Assembly: GCA_002269645.1 (NCBI GenBank)
Contig: NIVC01002017.1
Location: forward strand, 124,001 to 188,000
Direction of reading: 5' to 3'
DNA: 64,000 bases
DNA from: Macrostomum lignano
Taxonomy: Eukaryota
Shown here piece after piece: positions 33,965 through 48,400 of the stretch. Position numbers and translations under genes: made by a program. The notes under the pieces were generated by a model. That model had not been told where the DNA came from. It did no database searches and was given only the letters and a program-made list of their open reading frames with translations. Numbering within the stretch: position 1 is the first letter of the stretch; every line of letters starts with the position of its first letter.

Positions 33965-36900
33965 ATGAGGACGCATTTTTTTCCAAATCCCGCGCTAGCA
34001 CATGGGCTCTAAACTTACTAGCCTAGTAACAGTGGGCAATGGGCATTTTTTCATAGAATCTATACTAGATATAATGTTTGGTCATACTAGTAGTCATAAT
34101 AACATAGGCATAGCTTTTTGGGTCATAAATCATCGCTTTCGAAGCTGGTCTGCAACCACATGCGCCTCACTCAGTGTTGAGGCGGGCGCCAGATGGTCTG
34201 AGGGGATGCGAATGATAGCTTTTTTCTCATCATTTTTGACAGGCCATCAGATTTATGAGGTCAGAGCCTATTGTTCGGGTTCACTCAAGCGTGTGACAGT
34301 TTTGACAGCTATGCGTTTTACCCCTAAAAGTATGATGGGTTTCGACCTTCGGGTCCCTTGTTAGGAAGCCTTCGGGCCTCAGGCTCAGAAACAAATCACT
34401 TAGAGACCTGGCCCCCCACTCCTGTCAGATGGTCAGCCCCATGGTAGCTTGATCGTGTGGCGAGCAGTCTAGGTCCTATAGCTAAGAGAGGGAAAGCGAG
34501 AGACAAGCAGGGAGAATTTTGAAGGTAGAAATTAGCTAATCCGCAGACTAAGCTAACTCGCTGCCACCAGCCCGTGCGTCGTGGCTCACCACACCGAGAC
34601 TTTCGAAATCGGGCTTCCGACTAGAAGGGGCTCTGCACTTACCTGCCAACTAGTGTCTTTTTGCTGTCAATCTCGAAGTCATAGCCGATGATAAGGGACA
34701 CTGCTGGGACTAGATCGCATTGGCCATGCAGGTACAGAGGGGACTTGTCCAGGGGATTCTTGCAGTGGCGAGTCTATGGGGTAGCTACATGTACTATTAC
34801 ATTGCTAAATACGAAGATATGTACTTTTGGCCTTCAACGCGCCAACTAGCCTCTCATAGCGCTGATGATAGACTAACTCGAACTTCAGAGACCTCGCATG
34901 ATTCATTACCCGAGCCGCTTGGCGAACCTAGAGTGCACAAAGTACATCTCTGGCGCCGATTCTGCACTTCTGGCAGTTTTGCTCACTGATTTGATTGATT
35001 GATCGACTGGGGACTGCCTGGCCATTGGTCCACTGTGACCGGCGCCTACTAGCTTAGCCACTCATCTGAGCCATCGGCGAACAAAGAAATAAAACCGATA
35101 AAAATAACTGCCAGATTTAACCTTCTCCTTTGATCACTTCACACCTCAGATTGAATTGGAGGTCAGACTACTAGTAGTATTATTAAGTGATTTCTGCCTC
35201 AGTAACAGCACTACTGAACAAAATGAGAAAAAGTGTGCGCCTAATTCAACTACTGAAACAGGGGACAGATAGGGGATCACCCAATCAAGCAAATCTAGGT
35301 AGCCTCTCACCCAACCAATCAGAAACTCAACAGCCGGAGACCAGGTAATCCACAGTGACCGAATCGGCTTGATGCCTCGCAGCTGTAGACTCGGGATGAT
35401 GCTGACACAATCTTCGCTGATAGCTAGCAGGTGATGATCTTCGCTTGATGTTCGCTGCTGACGACCGGGGGATTCGTCCTTGATGATGATGGGGGGAAGT
35501 CGCAATCCGGGGATCAAGAAACGACGGTCGCGCTCCGGGAACCAGAAGTTGCGTGCTGGACCCGAGCAAGAGTTGCGTCCGAGCGGGCCAAAAACTCCGG
35601 TTTAAGTAGCCGCCTACTGGACCGCAGTTTGTTATAATGGAACACGTCGGTTCTGATTGGCTGAGCCGTTTTGTTAAAATGAGCGCCGAATTTTCTGATT
35701 GGCTAAGCTTGTTGCTACCCAGAATCACGTGACCGAGAGATCCTATCAGTTCCCACAGGGTCGTAAAAAGATGACAGGTGCGGCCATAAATCACTCAAAA
35801 TCGCTGAGGATTTTGACTTTTCGCGTAGGATTGACAGAAATTAATGAAAAAATATACATTAGAAAGCTCTTATTAAATAGAAAGTGAAGATAATGAAGAG
35901 GAAACGCTAATCACTAATCCTAAAGTACTTTTAGGGGTAAAACGCATAGCTGTCAAAGCTGTCACACGCTTGAGTGAATCCGAACAATAGGCTCTGACCT
36001 CATAAATTTTGATGGCCTGTCAAAATGATGAGAAAAAAGCTACCGCCCGCATCCTCTCAGACCATCTGGCGCCCGTCTCAACACTGAGTGAGGCGCAGGT
36101 GGCTGTCAGACCAACTTCGGAAGCGATGATTTACGACCCAAAAAGCTGCGCCTATGTTATTATGACTACTAGTATGGCCAGACATTATATCTAGTATAGA
36201 TTCTATGACAATTTGCAGAAAAAGAATAAAAATGCCCATTGCCCACTGTAAGTAGGCTAGTAAGTTTAGAGCCCATGTGCTAGCGCGGGATTTGGGAAAA
36301 AGTGCGTCCTCATCAAGTACTTTGGGATTAGCGATTAGCGATTTATCTTTATTATCTTCACTTTCTATTTAGTAAGAGCTTTCTAATGTATATTTTTTCA
36401 TTCATTTTTCTTCAATTCTACGCGAAAAGTCATAAATCATTTTGTTGCGATTTTGAGTGATTTATGGCCGCACCTGTCATGTTTTAACGACCCCGAGGGA
36501 ATTGATAGGATCTCCCGGTCACGTGATTCTGGGTGGCAACAAGCTCAGCCAATCATAAAATTCGACGCTCATTTTAATAAATCAGCTCAGCCAATCAGAA
36601 TCGACGTGTTCCGTTATAACAAACTGCGGTCCAGTTGGCGGCTATTTAAACCGGTGTTTTTTGCCCGCTCGGACTTCGACCGGTTCTACCCCTGCAAACC
36701 CTTTCTGGAGACCGGCCAGGAACTTGCTCTCTCTCTGGCCTGACCGTCGTTTCTTGATCCCCGGATTGCAACTCCCCCCACCATCATCAAGGACGAATCC
36801 CCCGGTCATCAGCAGTGAACATCAAAGTCGAGAGCATCACCTGCTAGCTATCTGCGAAGATTGTGACATCAGCCTCATCCCGGGTCTACAGCTGCGAAGC

Positions 36901-37937
36901 ACTAAGCCGATTCGGTCGCTGTGGATTACCTGGTCTCCGGCTGTTGAGTTTCTGATTGGTTGGGTGAGAGGCTACCTAGACTTGCTTGATTGGGTGATTC
37001 CCTATCTGTCCCCTATTTCAGTAGCTGGATTAGGCGCACACTTTTGCTCATTTGGTTCAGTAGTACTGTTACTGAGGCAGAAATCATTCAATAATACTGC
37101 TAGTAGTCTGAAACTCCAATTCAATCTGAAGTGTGAAGTGATTTAAGGAGAAGGTTAAATCTGGCAGTTATTTTTATCGGTTTTATTTCTTTGTTCGCCG
37201 ATGGTTCAGATGAGTAGCTAAGCTAGTAGGCGCCGGTCACAGTGGACCAATGGCAAGGCAGTTCTCAGTCGATCAATCTATCAAATCAGTGAGCAAAATT
37301 GCCAATAGTGCAAAATCAGCGCCAGAAATGTACTTTGTGCACTATAGGTTCGCCAAGCGGCTCGGGTAATGAATCATGCGGTCTCTGAACGAGTTAGTCT
37401 ATCATCAGCGCTATGAGAGGCTAGTTGGAACGTTGAAGGCCAAAAGTACAATTCCTCGTATTTAGCAATGTAATAGTACATGTAGCTACCCCAAGTCTCC
37501 CCACTGCAAGAATCCCCTGCACAATTCCCCTCTGTACCTGCATGGCCAATGCGATCTAGTCCCAGCAGTGGCCCCTAACATCGGCTATGACTTCGAGATA
37601 GACAGCAAAAAGACACTAGTTAGCAGGTAAGTGCAAAGCCCCTTCTAGTCGGAAGCCCGATTTCGAGAGTCCCGGTGTGGTGAGCCAGGACGTACGGGTT
37701 GGTGGCAGCGAGTTAGCTAACCTCCGGGTTAACTAATTTCTACCTTCAAAATCTCCCTGCTTGTCTCTCGCTTTCCCTCTCTTAGCTATAGGACCTAGAC
37801 TGCTCGCCACACGATCAAGCTACCATGGGGCTGACCATCTGACAGGAGTGGGGGGCCAGGACTCTGATTGATTTATTTCTGAGACCTGAGGCCCGAAGGC
37901 TTCCCCACAAGGGGGCCGAAAGGTCGAAACCCATCAT
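33965..37937. repeat. Two ~2-kb inverted copies, circularly permuted (A-B-C / A'-C'-B'); probable non-autonomous element
   Basis: A (33965-34331) is inverted at 35927-36313. B+C (34332-35926) is inverted at 36315-37937. Roughly 90% identity by eye, with small indels. Confidence 0.9.
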
Positions 37938-39475
37938 GTAGTTATACTACAGTTTGTCCTTGATATTCACAAACATTGCAATAGATGTACGTACATATGT
38001 GTACATGACATACATGTATATGCTGCGCAGCACACAATTGCATTATATATGCTTTAGAAAGAAGAAGACATGCAGAGCATCAAATTAAAAAAAGCACACG
38101 ACGGACGTATTTGTTGGTGCATCAAGCGATGAAAATGTGATAATATATTTCTTCCAGCTGTCTTCTGCTTTACTTTGGTCGAATTTTTAGTGGTACATGA
38201 TTGTTAGTTGAACAGAAATAAAAAATGGAGATATAGCTAGAAATTGAAATTAAGCTTCACTGCCAAACATTTTGATCTACACATTCGAAAAATACATGTA
38301 AAACTGCAATCTATTATTAGCTATAGTTGGGGTTGGTTTATCATAGAATTTTTATTGTAGAGATTGGCTTCTGTGCTTTTTGTGCTAATAGAAATTCTAT
38401 AAAATTCTTTTTCAGTCCATAAAAATAAACTGTACGAGTATTAAAAACTATAAAAATGAAATGGGACGGCGCGAATTACTAAAACATATCCGGAAAGTTT
38501 ATGGGACAAAATTGGCGGCAAACAGCTATAGTTTGTTTGATAAGAACATCAAGACGTACATATATATATTGAAGTTGACAATGGCTTTGATTTTTTGAAA
38601 GATCGTAAAAGTGTCCGACTACAGGAATTTCACGTCGAGAAACTGTGAAGTTGTTAAGTGTAGTTCCTACTGCAGCATGGCCTTCTAATTTGTTTTGCTT
38701 TTTTCGGGTTTGATCAGGGGGTTCTTTGGCTTATTATGACGGAAAAAAGAGTGAACTGGCAAAGCAGCTATTCAAATAAATCTACTTAAAATATCTACCT
38801 TACTGTATCTGCCGTAGGAATAGCATAATAAAAAAGCTGAAAAACTAAAAAAGAAAAGCGGAGAAATTGGCGCATCCGACAATGACAGTTATAGTCGTGC
38901 GCAGGTGACAGAAAAGACGCACTTAACGAAGTTGCACTACTGCCTAGCTAAAGAAAAACACCTCCGTTCGGTTTTCAATGATGCAAGAGGAGCAAAAATA
39001 AAGACAAGAAAAAAGCTAATATAAAGGCCACAAAAAAGGAGAACTAAATTTTAGCAAAATATAAAAAAGACGAGAAAATTGAAACAAACTTTAAGTTGCT
39101 TTGATAAAAGGCACGAGTTCAGTAGCATTTGAATAATTTTACTAATTATTGTGTGATTCAATATCAGATAGTTCGCAGACTCAGTCGAGTGAGCTAATAG
39201 CAGTTGGAGTTGAGACATTTCTATTAATTTCTGAGTTTCTGAGTTTTTTCTATTGTTTTTGCTGATGAACTTATTACATGTATGTTTCCATACGAACCTA
39301 AGTACTCCTCCTATAAGATTTGCTAAAAGCTTTAATTAATAAATTCAGTCCCTGTTTAAAGCTGCCTCGCTACTTCTGATGAGAGACAGATAACCCATGG
39401 AACAAGCAGCAAACTGAATCTAAGATTATTTTTTCCGATGTCATGGACGGATCTTTAAACTGAGATGGTCAATTG

Positions 39476-42400
39476 TCACTGCCTGGCCTTCGCCGCGTCA
39501 GCCAGAAAGTCCAAAACAGAGCCTTGGCCGGATGCTTCGGCGTAGTCGTGACAGTTCTTGCCCTCTTCGGAGGCTTCCTCAAGTGCTCCGGGATCGGAGT
39601 CGGCGATCGCGCGCAGAACTTCCACGTGACCGTTCGCGGCAGCGTAGTGAACAGGCGCCCGGCCGCTGGCGTCGCGGGCCCGGGCGCTGAGGCTGCCAGC
39701 CAGCAGGAGCCGGACCGCCGTCGGATGGCCGCATGCAGCGGCGAAGTGCAGCGGCGACTTACCACTGGGCGTCAGTCGAGTCAGCAGCGGCTCGGAATTT
39801 TCAGTTTCGTCGTCATCTGCTTCCTCGTCGGCGCTGGTCAGGAGATAATCCAGTACGTCGAAGTGACCGTGCTTGGCGGCCGCGTGAGCCACGGTAGCGC
39901 CCTCTTCGTCCACTGAATTTATCGGTACGCCTAAAAACGTTAAAAAGTCGACAACGTCTGCTGAGCAGGCGTAGTGCAGAGCTGTCTGGCCTCGCTTATC
40001 AGTCGCTGCCAGGACCTCCTCAAGGCCTTCGCGTGCCAAGTATACAAGCATGTCCTGGCAGTTTTTCCAAGCTGCCACATGAGCAACGTTAGCGCCCTGA
40101 GAGTCGATAGCGTTGGGCGGCAGGCCTAGGTGCAGTAGAAAATCCAGAGCCACGTCGCTTCTTGCGTAGTGCAGCAGGCCTCGTCCGTTGGAGTCAACAG
40201 CTTCCAGGAGCCCTCCGGTGGCAGCAACGGCTCCAGCCGCTGATCCATTGTTCTCATCAAGCGTCAATAGGCAACGTAGTACTTCCAGGTTGTCGCCGAG
40301 TACAGCGGTGTGGGCCGGCGTGACACCTTGATCGTCGGGCTCGTCGACAGGCAAACCACTCAGCGCAAGAAGCTGAACCACCTCGGCACTCCTGGTAAAG
40401 TGCATAGCGGAGCGTCCAGCAACGTTCTTCGATTTCAGAAGCTGCTCGGCGCAGGGCAAACTGCGAATATGGCCCAGAACCTCGGCGTTATCGTTCATCG
40501 CGGCCACGTGCGCGACTGTAGCCCCATTAGAATCGCGAGACATTGGGTCCAGTCCTTTCTCTACCAGCAAGTCCAAGACCTCTGGAGAACCGGCATGGTG
40601 CATCAGGCTCTGGCCTTCTTTATCAATGGCGGAAAGCAGCACCTGACCAGACGGCAGGCCAAGAAGGTACTTCACAACCTCGGCGTGGCCATTAAGTGCA
40701 GCCGAGTGTGCCGGTGTGGCGCCTTCGTCATCGCGAGCGTCAGGATTGAGGCCTGCCTCGGTGACTAGTAGTTCAGCAGCTGCCGCCGTGCTAGCGTAGT
40801 GCAGGAGGCTCAAACCTTTGGCATCAACTGCCTTGGCTGCGTCTTTGCCACCTTCTTGTGATAGTAGATAGCGCAATGCCTCCAAGCGACCGTTGAGTGC
40901 TGCCAGGTGTCCAGGTGTACACCCTCGGCGGTTGCGCGTGTCCAGACGGACTCCGTTCTCATTCAGGTACTTCAGGGCGTCCAGCTTGTCTTCAACGACG
41001 GCAATATGCGCCGCCGAGTTCCAATTGCTGGTGCGGCCGCATAGCTTGTTACCGGCCTTGTGATACTCGGTGAGCTGTGTCAGATCCCCGTCCACCAGAA
41101 TTTCGATCAGTCGGCCGGGCAGGCGGCTTTCGTGGATGCTGGTCTCAACGCCATTAGCGGCGAGAAACTCGGCTACTTCCTGTGACTCTGTATAGTGCAT
41201 CGGTGTCTGATTTTCAACGTCCCTGCGTTTAAGCAGATCGGGATCCACGGTCAGCAGAAACTGGAGTATCGGCAGGCAGCCGGCCCTGGCAGCCAGGTGT
41301 GCTGGCGTCGCACCCTGACTGTTTGCCGCTTTGGCATCGATTCCGACGCTGTGCAAAAATTTGAATGCGTCGCCATGACCCTTGATGGCGGCGATGTGAC
41401 AGAGGTTGAAACCGCGCACTCCGTCTTCAGCGTAGAGGCCCAACAGTTTCTCACCAGACTCGTAGAGGCGCTTTATTTCAGCCTCGTCGCCAGATAAAAC
41501 GGCATCAATAGCGGCTTCTGACAGTCTGCTTTCCTCGACGCTAGTCTTGACGTCAGATTCAATTAGAAAGTTTGCCACTTCGGCGCTGCTGGCGTAATGC
41601 ATCAGCGAGTCGCCCTGAAAGTCTCGCGCCAGAAGCAGACTGCCGTCTTCATCAAGGCTGCGCAAAAACTTAAGCACTTCCAAGCTTCCAGTTAGAGCTG
41701 CCAAGTGTGCTGGAGTTCTGCCGCGATAATCTCTTAAACTGAGCAGCGTCTTGCTCGGGTCTCTGGCCAGCAAGTACTCTAGCAAGTTCACATGGCCATA
41801 GAGTGCTGCAAAGTGGGCCACTGTGTTGCCAGCGAGGTCAGTTGAAGCCAAGCTGAAGCCGACATCTTCAAAAAAATGGACCATCCGAATGCTGCCGCAT
41901 CCGGCGGCAACATGCAGTGCATTGCCTCCGTAGCAGCCTTCGTAGCAGCGACCGCGTACTTTCTTTCCGGCGCGCACGTACCTGTGCAGCCTGTCTATGC
42001 TGCCGGAGCAGATGATGTCGATGAGCTCACTCGGTAAACGACTTTCGTCGGCTCGGATTGGCAAACCATTCTGGTGCAGAAAGTCGACAACCTCAGTATC
42101 TTCAGCGTAGTGCATTAGCGTGTTTCCGGTTGAATCCAACTCTCTCAGAAGCTGTCCACTGGGGTCCTGTTCAATTAAAAAGGCTAGCAGATCGAGACGA
42201 CCATTCTTGGCCGCATAGTGTCCAGGAGTCGCTCCGTTAGCGTCCTTCGCGGAAAGGCTTAGTCCGCAGTCAAGCAAAAACTTAGCGATCTGTGTACTGC
42301 TCGCATAGTGCAATAAGCTCTGTTCCATTTTATCCGTCGCCGTGATGGCCTTTCCGTCCGTGTCAAGTTCCTTAATTAGCTGCAAGACTTCAAAGGCGCC

Positions 42401-45400
42401 GTTCAGTGCTGCTATGTGTCCCGGAGTCTCTCCTCTATTGTCAGTGGCCAGAAGGACAGTCTCTGGTTTGTTAAAATCACACAAAAGGCGCAGGACAGGC
42501 GCTAGGTTGTATTGAGCAGCCCAGTGTCCAGGCGTGGCCCCATTGTCGTCCACCGCAAGAGTTGACAAGCCCTTCTCGTTCAGGTAGCGCACCAGCTCAG
42601 TGGTGCTTGCGTAGTGCATCAGTGTCTGATTGCTGCCGTCGCGAACTTGTACTAAATTGCCAGACGGATCCTCGCTTTCAAGGTACTGTAGAATGTCCAA
42701 ACGACCGTAGCGTGCGGCAAAATGCGCAGGCGCTGTGCCTGATGCGTTTTTCTTGTCAACTGGCAGGCCAACTTCAGAGCGCAGGAATTTTACTGCTTCG
42801 AGGTTGCCACCCTGCACAGCACAGTGCATACAGCTGCTGCCGCCCTCCGTTTCGGCTTGCAGGGCCTCCAGCCCAGAGAGTTCTAGGATGAAGCGCAACA
42901 CGTCCAGTTGCCCCTTAAGAGCCGCCAGGTGAACTGGCCTGACATTGTCAGCTTTGTTTATAGCCGTCACATCCAACCCATGCGCATGCAGAAAACGAAT
43001 CATATCCGATCGACCTTCCATTGCAGCTATGTGGACGGCCGTGTCACCGAACGCATCGATTGTCCTTCCGATGATCTTTCCACCGGCTTCGTAATAGGCT
43101 TCAAGAGCGGACAGGTCGCCAGATCTGATAATGCTTACCAGTTGGGCGGGCAAACGACTCTCACTTTTTGGAGTCTTGGAGCCGCAGCGCTCAATAAATG
43201 TTGTGATCTCGGCACTCTCGGCAAGGTGCATCGGCGTTCGACCCTCTATGTCAGTCGCTTCAAGCAGTTCACCTTTCTTGTCATGCGCTATTAAAAACCG
43301 CAGTATCTCCAAATCATTAGCCCAAACTGCTAGATGCGCAGGAGTGTTGCCTTCATAGTCTCTGAAGGCAATGTCGATGCCGTTTTCCGCCAGAAAACGC
43401 AACACCGGCAAGTGGCCGGCCACAGTAGCCACGTGAGCGGCATTTCCTCCGTAGCGGTCAGCGGTTCGACCCAGCAGCTTATAGCCGCATGCATGAAACT
43501 CTTGCAGACTCTGCAGGTCGCCCGACATGCAGATATTAAATAGATCATAAGATAACCTGCTCTCTTCAGGTTTCGTGTCCAAACCGGCTTCCTGGAATAT
43601 TTCAACCACTTCCGCACTCTCAGCGTAGTGCATCGGCGTTCGACCAGTGGAGTCAACAGAGAAAAGCAGCCGCCGTAGCTCAGGATGGTCCCGCAGGCAT
43701 TGCAAAACGTCGCTACATCCGTTTAGGCTGGCTGCGTGTCCAACGGTTCCTCCATTGTCGTCCGCCGCAAAAGGATCCAAGCCACCGTCGACTAGTAGGA
43801 ACTGCAGCACCTCTGGACTGGATGCATAGTGCAGCAGTCCGGCTCCGTAGAAATCCAGTTCGTGCAGTAGATCAGCATCAGTTTCACGCACAAAACGCAG
43901 TACGCCTAGGCTGCCACTTCTGGCGGCAAGATGTCCGGGTGTGCAGCCATCAAAATTTCTCAGCTCCAAACAGCGCGGCTCGACTGAGTGAATCACGGCC
44001 AGCAAATCTGCGCGGTCTTCCACGGCGGCAACATGCGCAGCGGTGTTCCAGAAATGGTCGTTCGTTCGCCCGCGGAGCTTACCACCAGACTCCAGAAAGT
44101 CGCGTAGCCGCTGCACACTTCCAGACTGCAGGATTCGAATCAGCTGGCTTGAAAGACGGCTCTCGTCAATGCTAGTTTGGACTCCGCAGCTAGTCAGGAA
44201 TTCGACCACTGGTCCACTATCAGTGTAGTGTATCAGCGACCTCTCATCAGCGTCTAACAACTGCAAAACTGTCTTGGATTCATCAAGTTCGTGCAAGTGC
44301 TTCAATATATCCAGATGACCGTTCATAGCAGCTAGGTGCCCCATGGTGCGCCCATTAGAGTCTGTGTGGCGCAAGAAGTCTCCAGACTCCTCGGCTTGCC
44401 AAAGTGACTGAATCAGTTTCAAGGCTTCTAAATGTCCGTTGCGGGCAGCTAAATGCGCAGGTGTGGCTCCATCGGCATCCAGTAGGTCCAGTCGAACACC
44501 GTTGTCGTTCAAGAACTGAAGTATTTCAATCGAACCAACAGCAGCAGCAAAATGTCCTGAGGAAAATCCATCCACGTCTTCTCCTCTGTAGACTCCCTGT
44601 AGCTTTCCACCAGCTTCGGCAAAAGCTTTCAGAGCGTCGAGGTCCTGCGACATCACTGCATCGATAACATCTTGATGAAGACGACTGGCATTTACGTTGG
44701 CCGTAACTCCATGCTCTTTAAGGAATGCGACGATTTCAGCACTGTCGGTGCAATGCATGAGCGTCCTGCCAGAATCGTCAACTACTTGAAGACACGACTG
44801 ATTGCCTAGCTCAGTCAAGAGGTATTCAAGAACCTGCAGCTGACCTGTCAGCGCTGCGAGATGAGCCGGTGTTTGACCGGACGCGTCTTTAGCTTCGAAA
44901 ACTTGGGCATCGGGGCTTTGCTCTCTGATGTACCTCAGAATGTGCACGTGGCCGCTTCGAGCCGCCAGGTGAGCGGGCGTGATTCCTTCTCGATTTTTAG
45001 CCACTAGACTAACTCCAAGCCCGTGAAGAAATTTCAGCAACTCCAGGTGACCCAGCATCGACACAAAATGGCTAACTGTGATGCCTTTAAGTCGTTTTCC
45101 GGCTCGCTGGTACTGCTTCAGGAACTCCAGTTCGCCTGACATCAGAATGTTTATTAGATCCTTTGGAATTCGGCTTTCTTCGTGTTCGGAGGTCACGCCG
45201 TGACCTTCCAGAAAATCACAGACGTCCGCACTGTCTGTACACTGCAGCAGCGAACGTCCGGTGTCATCGAGCGACTTGAGCAGCTCGCCGGACGGATCCC
45301 GGCTAGCGATGAACTGCAGCGCGCCAAGGTGACCGTTGAGGGCCGCGAGGTGTCCCGGAGTTTGGCCGTGGATATTGCGGACTCGAAGCGGCCTGCACGG

Positions 45401-48400
45401 ATCGTTCTCATCCTGACAAGCGTTGCAAAGAAATTCCAAAAGCTCAGTGTGGCCTTTCATTGCCGCGAAGTGGGCGGCCGTATCACCATTGCTGTCCTCA
45501 GAGTCAAGCGAAAGTCCCTGCTGATGCAGGAACTCAACTAAGGCGACATTTCCCTTCAGAGCGGCCACGTGAACAGCCGTGCCGCGATGCTCGTCATTAG
45601 TGCGGCCTGGCGAAAGGTTAGCATGGAGCTTAATTAATATTGGGTTTTTTAGTACAGTGTATGTATTTGCGTCTGTTAATGTTTCCTGGCGTCTGTATTA
45701 GTCTACGCTTATATCTATCGATAATTTTCTGTCAAAGGGGACTTCACACAAAATGAGTGGCTACAAAGTGCTTCAATATGTACATATGACCTTTCATGGC
45801 GGCTAGGTGGCCCATAGTGCGCCATATTTTCATAAGATGCCAATGCTCAAAGGAGGTTTTAAAATTCAAAATCTCAAGGGGCTTGTGTGAAAATGCAACC
45901 TAGTATCTCTATAGCTCGTATCCTCAGAATTACCTGCAGTGCACTCGTACAGAACGCTTCATTAGCAATAGTATGGTTGACCCAAAGTTCAAAGTAATGG
46001 TTAGATGGCTATGTAAAAGTCTTAATGGTGTGAATTTAAGTCTTAAAGTCTTCTATTATTGTTTGGTTAACACTGACTTTGATCCCACCATACGAGTGTG
46101 TGAGTGAGTAAAGTGAGTCCCTATATGCTTTCATGCATTCATACCTGAAACTTGCTTTTAGTTTCTTACTGCGATAAGGACGACTAAATGAGATGATGGC
46201 GATCTGCAGAATTAGTCAAAGAGCACTTGACAACTATTGGGTTTCATTGGATCCCGGATTCATTTTCTGGGTCTGTTGGATTCCTTGAAAACAGGTGATC
46301 CGTAGTGTCCTACGACGGTTACGAGCTCTACTTTGCTCTTATTTTGATGGCACACCAGAGAAAATTCAGATGGCAATTTTAGCGTTTAAACAGATTTGAC
46401 AGATAAGCACTTATCGACACCACAGCTACAATTCCAGAAATATTAAAGCCATAAACTCACCCTGGAGTTTGCCGCCGTCCGTAGCGAACTTCTTTACTGC
46501 GTCCAAATCACCCGACATAATCGTGTAGAAAAGCTGCTGAGACAAGATGCTCTCTGCCGGGCTGGTCTTCACTCCCTTCTCAGCCAGGAAGCGAGCAATC
46601 TCGCCGGATTCAGCAAAGTGCATTAGCGTCTTTCCGTCGTTGTCGATGGCTAGAAACAGTTCCCCGCTCGGGTCCTGCTGATCTATAAACTTCATAACCT
46701 CGATGTGGCCATTTAGAGTGGCAAAATGGGCCGGTGTTCGACCTTTGGCATCCGGCTGGCCGAGGACTGTCGCACCATTCTTCTCGACGAGGTACTCAAG
46801 CACTGAAAGACGGCCGTTCCTCGCGGCCAGATGCACCGGCGCTGTACCGTCTTCGTTAGTTGCGGTCAAACCGACACTCTGGCTGTGAAGGAAGTCGACG
46901 ATCTCGCGGCTACCGACCCCTGCAGCGAAGTGCGCGGCCGTGAAGCCGTGTACGCTGTCGTCCGAGTAGATGCCGACGAGTTTTCCGCCTCCCGCAGCGA
47001 ACTGACGCAGTTGGTCCAGTTCGCAGGCCATTAGCATGTCAACTACCTGCAGGGTTATCAAAACTGTGAAAATCTAGCCTTTGATCAACAAAATTTCAAC
47101 GTCACTAATTATTACCTGATCAGCCAGACGACTTTCCTCCAGCGGAGTGGGGCAGCCAGCTTCAGTCAGCAAACGGCAGGCTTCAGTGCTGTCCGCATAC
47201 TGCAGCGGCGTCTTTCCAAAGTGATCCGCTTCGAGGGAAAGCTCCGGCCGGCGCTCCAGTAACATTCGTAGAGCATCGAGGCTTCCATGCAGAGAAGCCA
47301 GGTGAGCTGGCGACCTGCCCTGGTAGTCCTTCACAGATAATAGTTCCGGGTTGCGCTCGTGCAGGTAAGCCAGCACTTCGGCGCTGCCGTTTTGTGCGGC
47401 CAGGTGAGCTGCAGTCCGACCGCTGCTGTCGGTGGCATCGAGAGCCAGGCCGCATTCGTCAAGATATTTCAGAACGCTGCACGAACCCATGGCCGAAGCA
47501 AAGTGAACCGCCGTGAGCTGCTGCATGTCGTCATCACTATAGCAGCCGCGCACTTTGTTCCCAGCATCGTGGTAAGCCTTTATGGCATCCGCGTCGCCCG
47601 CTTTAATCAGGCTTATAAGCTCCGAGGACAGGCGGCTCTCGTCAACGCTTACCGGTAGACCGCGCTGAGTGAGCAGCTCGGCTACAGCCTGGCTCTCCGT
47701 GTAGTGCATAAGAGACTTCTCTTCATCGTCCAGGGCGGTCAGCGTCTCTCCAGTCGGGTCGGTATCTAGCAGAAGTTCCAAGGCTTCAACGGATCCGCCC
47801 TGCGCGGCGAAATGAGCCGGCGTTCGACCGAGGTAGTCCCGCGCTGTCAGTAGCGACGGGTCGACCTCTTGAAGATACTTCAGGACGTCAGTCTGGCCCG
47901 CCATTGCGGCCGCGTGAGCCGGCGTGTCGCCCTCGTTGTCCTCCGGCGCCACTGGCAAGCCAGCCGTCTCGTGCAGAAAGCGAAGAATTTTAACCTGACC
48001 TACATCGGCGGCAATGTGCATGACTGTCTCGCTACTGCGCGTCCGGCCGCGCACCTTCTTGCCAGCCTGATGAAACTGATGCACCGCCTCCAAGTCCCCA
48101 GATCGGACCTGGGCCAGAAGCTCGCGCGACAGCCGGCTCTCGTCGGCGTCAGCGTTAAGACCGAGGTCTCGAAGATAGTCGACGACTTCCTGAGTCTCGG
48201 CGCAGTGAACTAGCGAGTTGCCCTCGCGGTCAACGGCAAGCAGAACCTCGCCGGTCTTGTCCACCTCGCGGAGGTACTCGAGCACATCGAGCCGAGAATT
48301 GGCCGCGGCCAGGTGCGCCGGAGTCTTGCCATCCCGATTCTCCGCGTAGATGCTCAGCCCGTGCTCGTGCAGAAACCGGAGCATGTCCAGCTTGCCCGAC

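Noticed and set aside
34321-34375. Intact hammerhead or twister ribozyme at the A-B junction
   Set aside because: Stem II, GAAAC and a GUA triplet are present on one strand, but the CUGANGA core is absent in both copies and the twister P4/L4 cannot be formed. Kept only as a structured-RNA lead.
35146-37146. Paired ORFs in the inverted copies (35146-35517 and 36661-37146)
   Set aside because: Indels between the copies change the frame at both ends and no domain is recognisable, so there is no sign of coding constraint.
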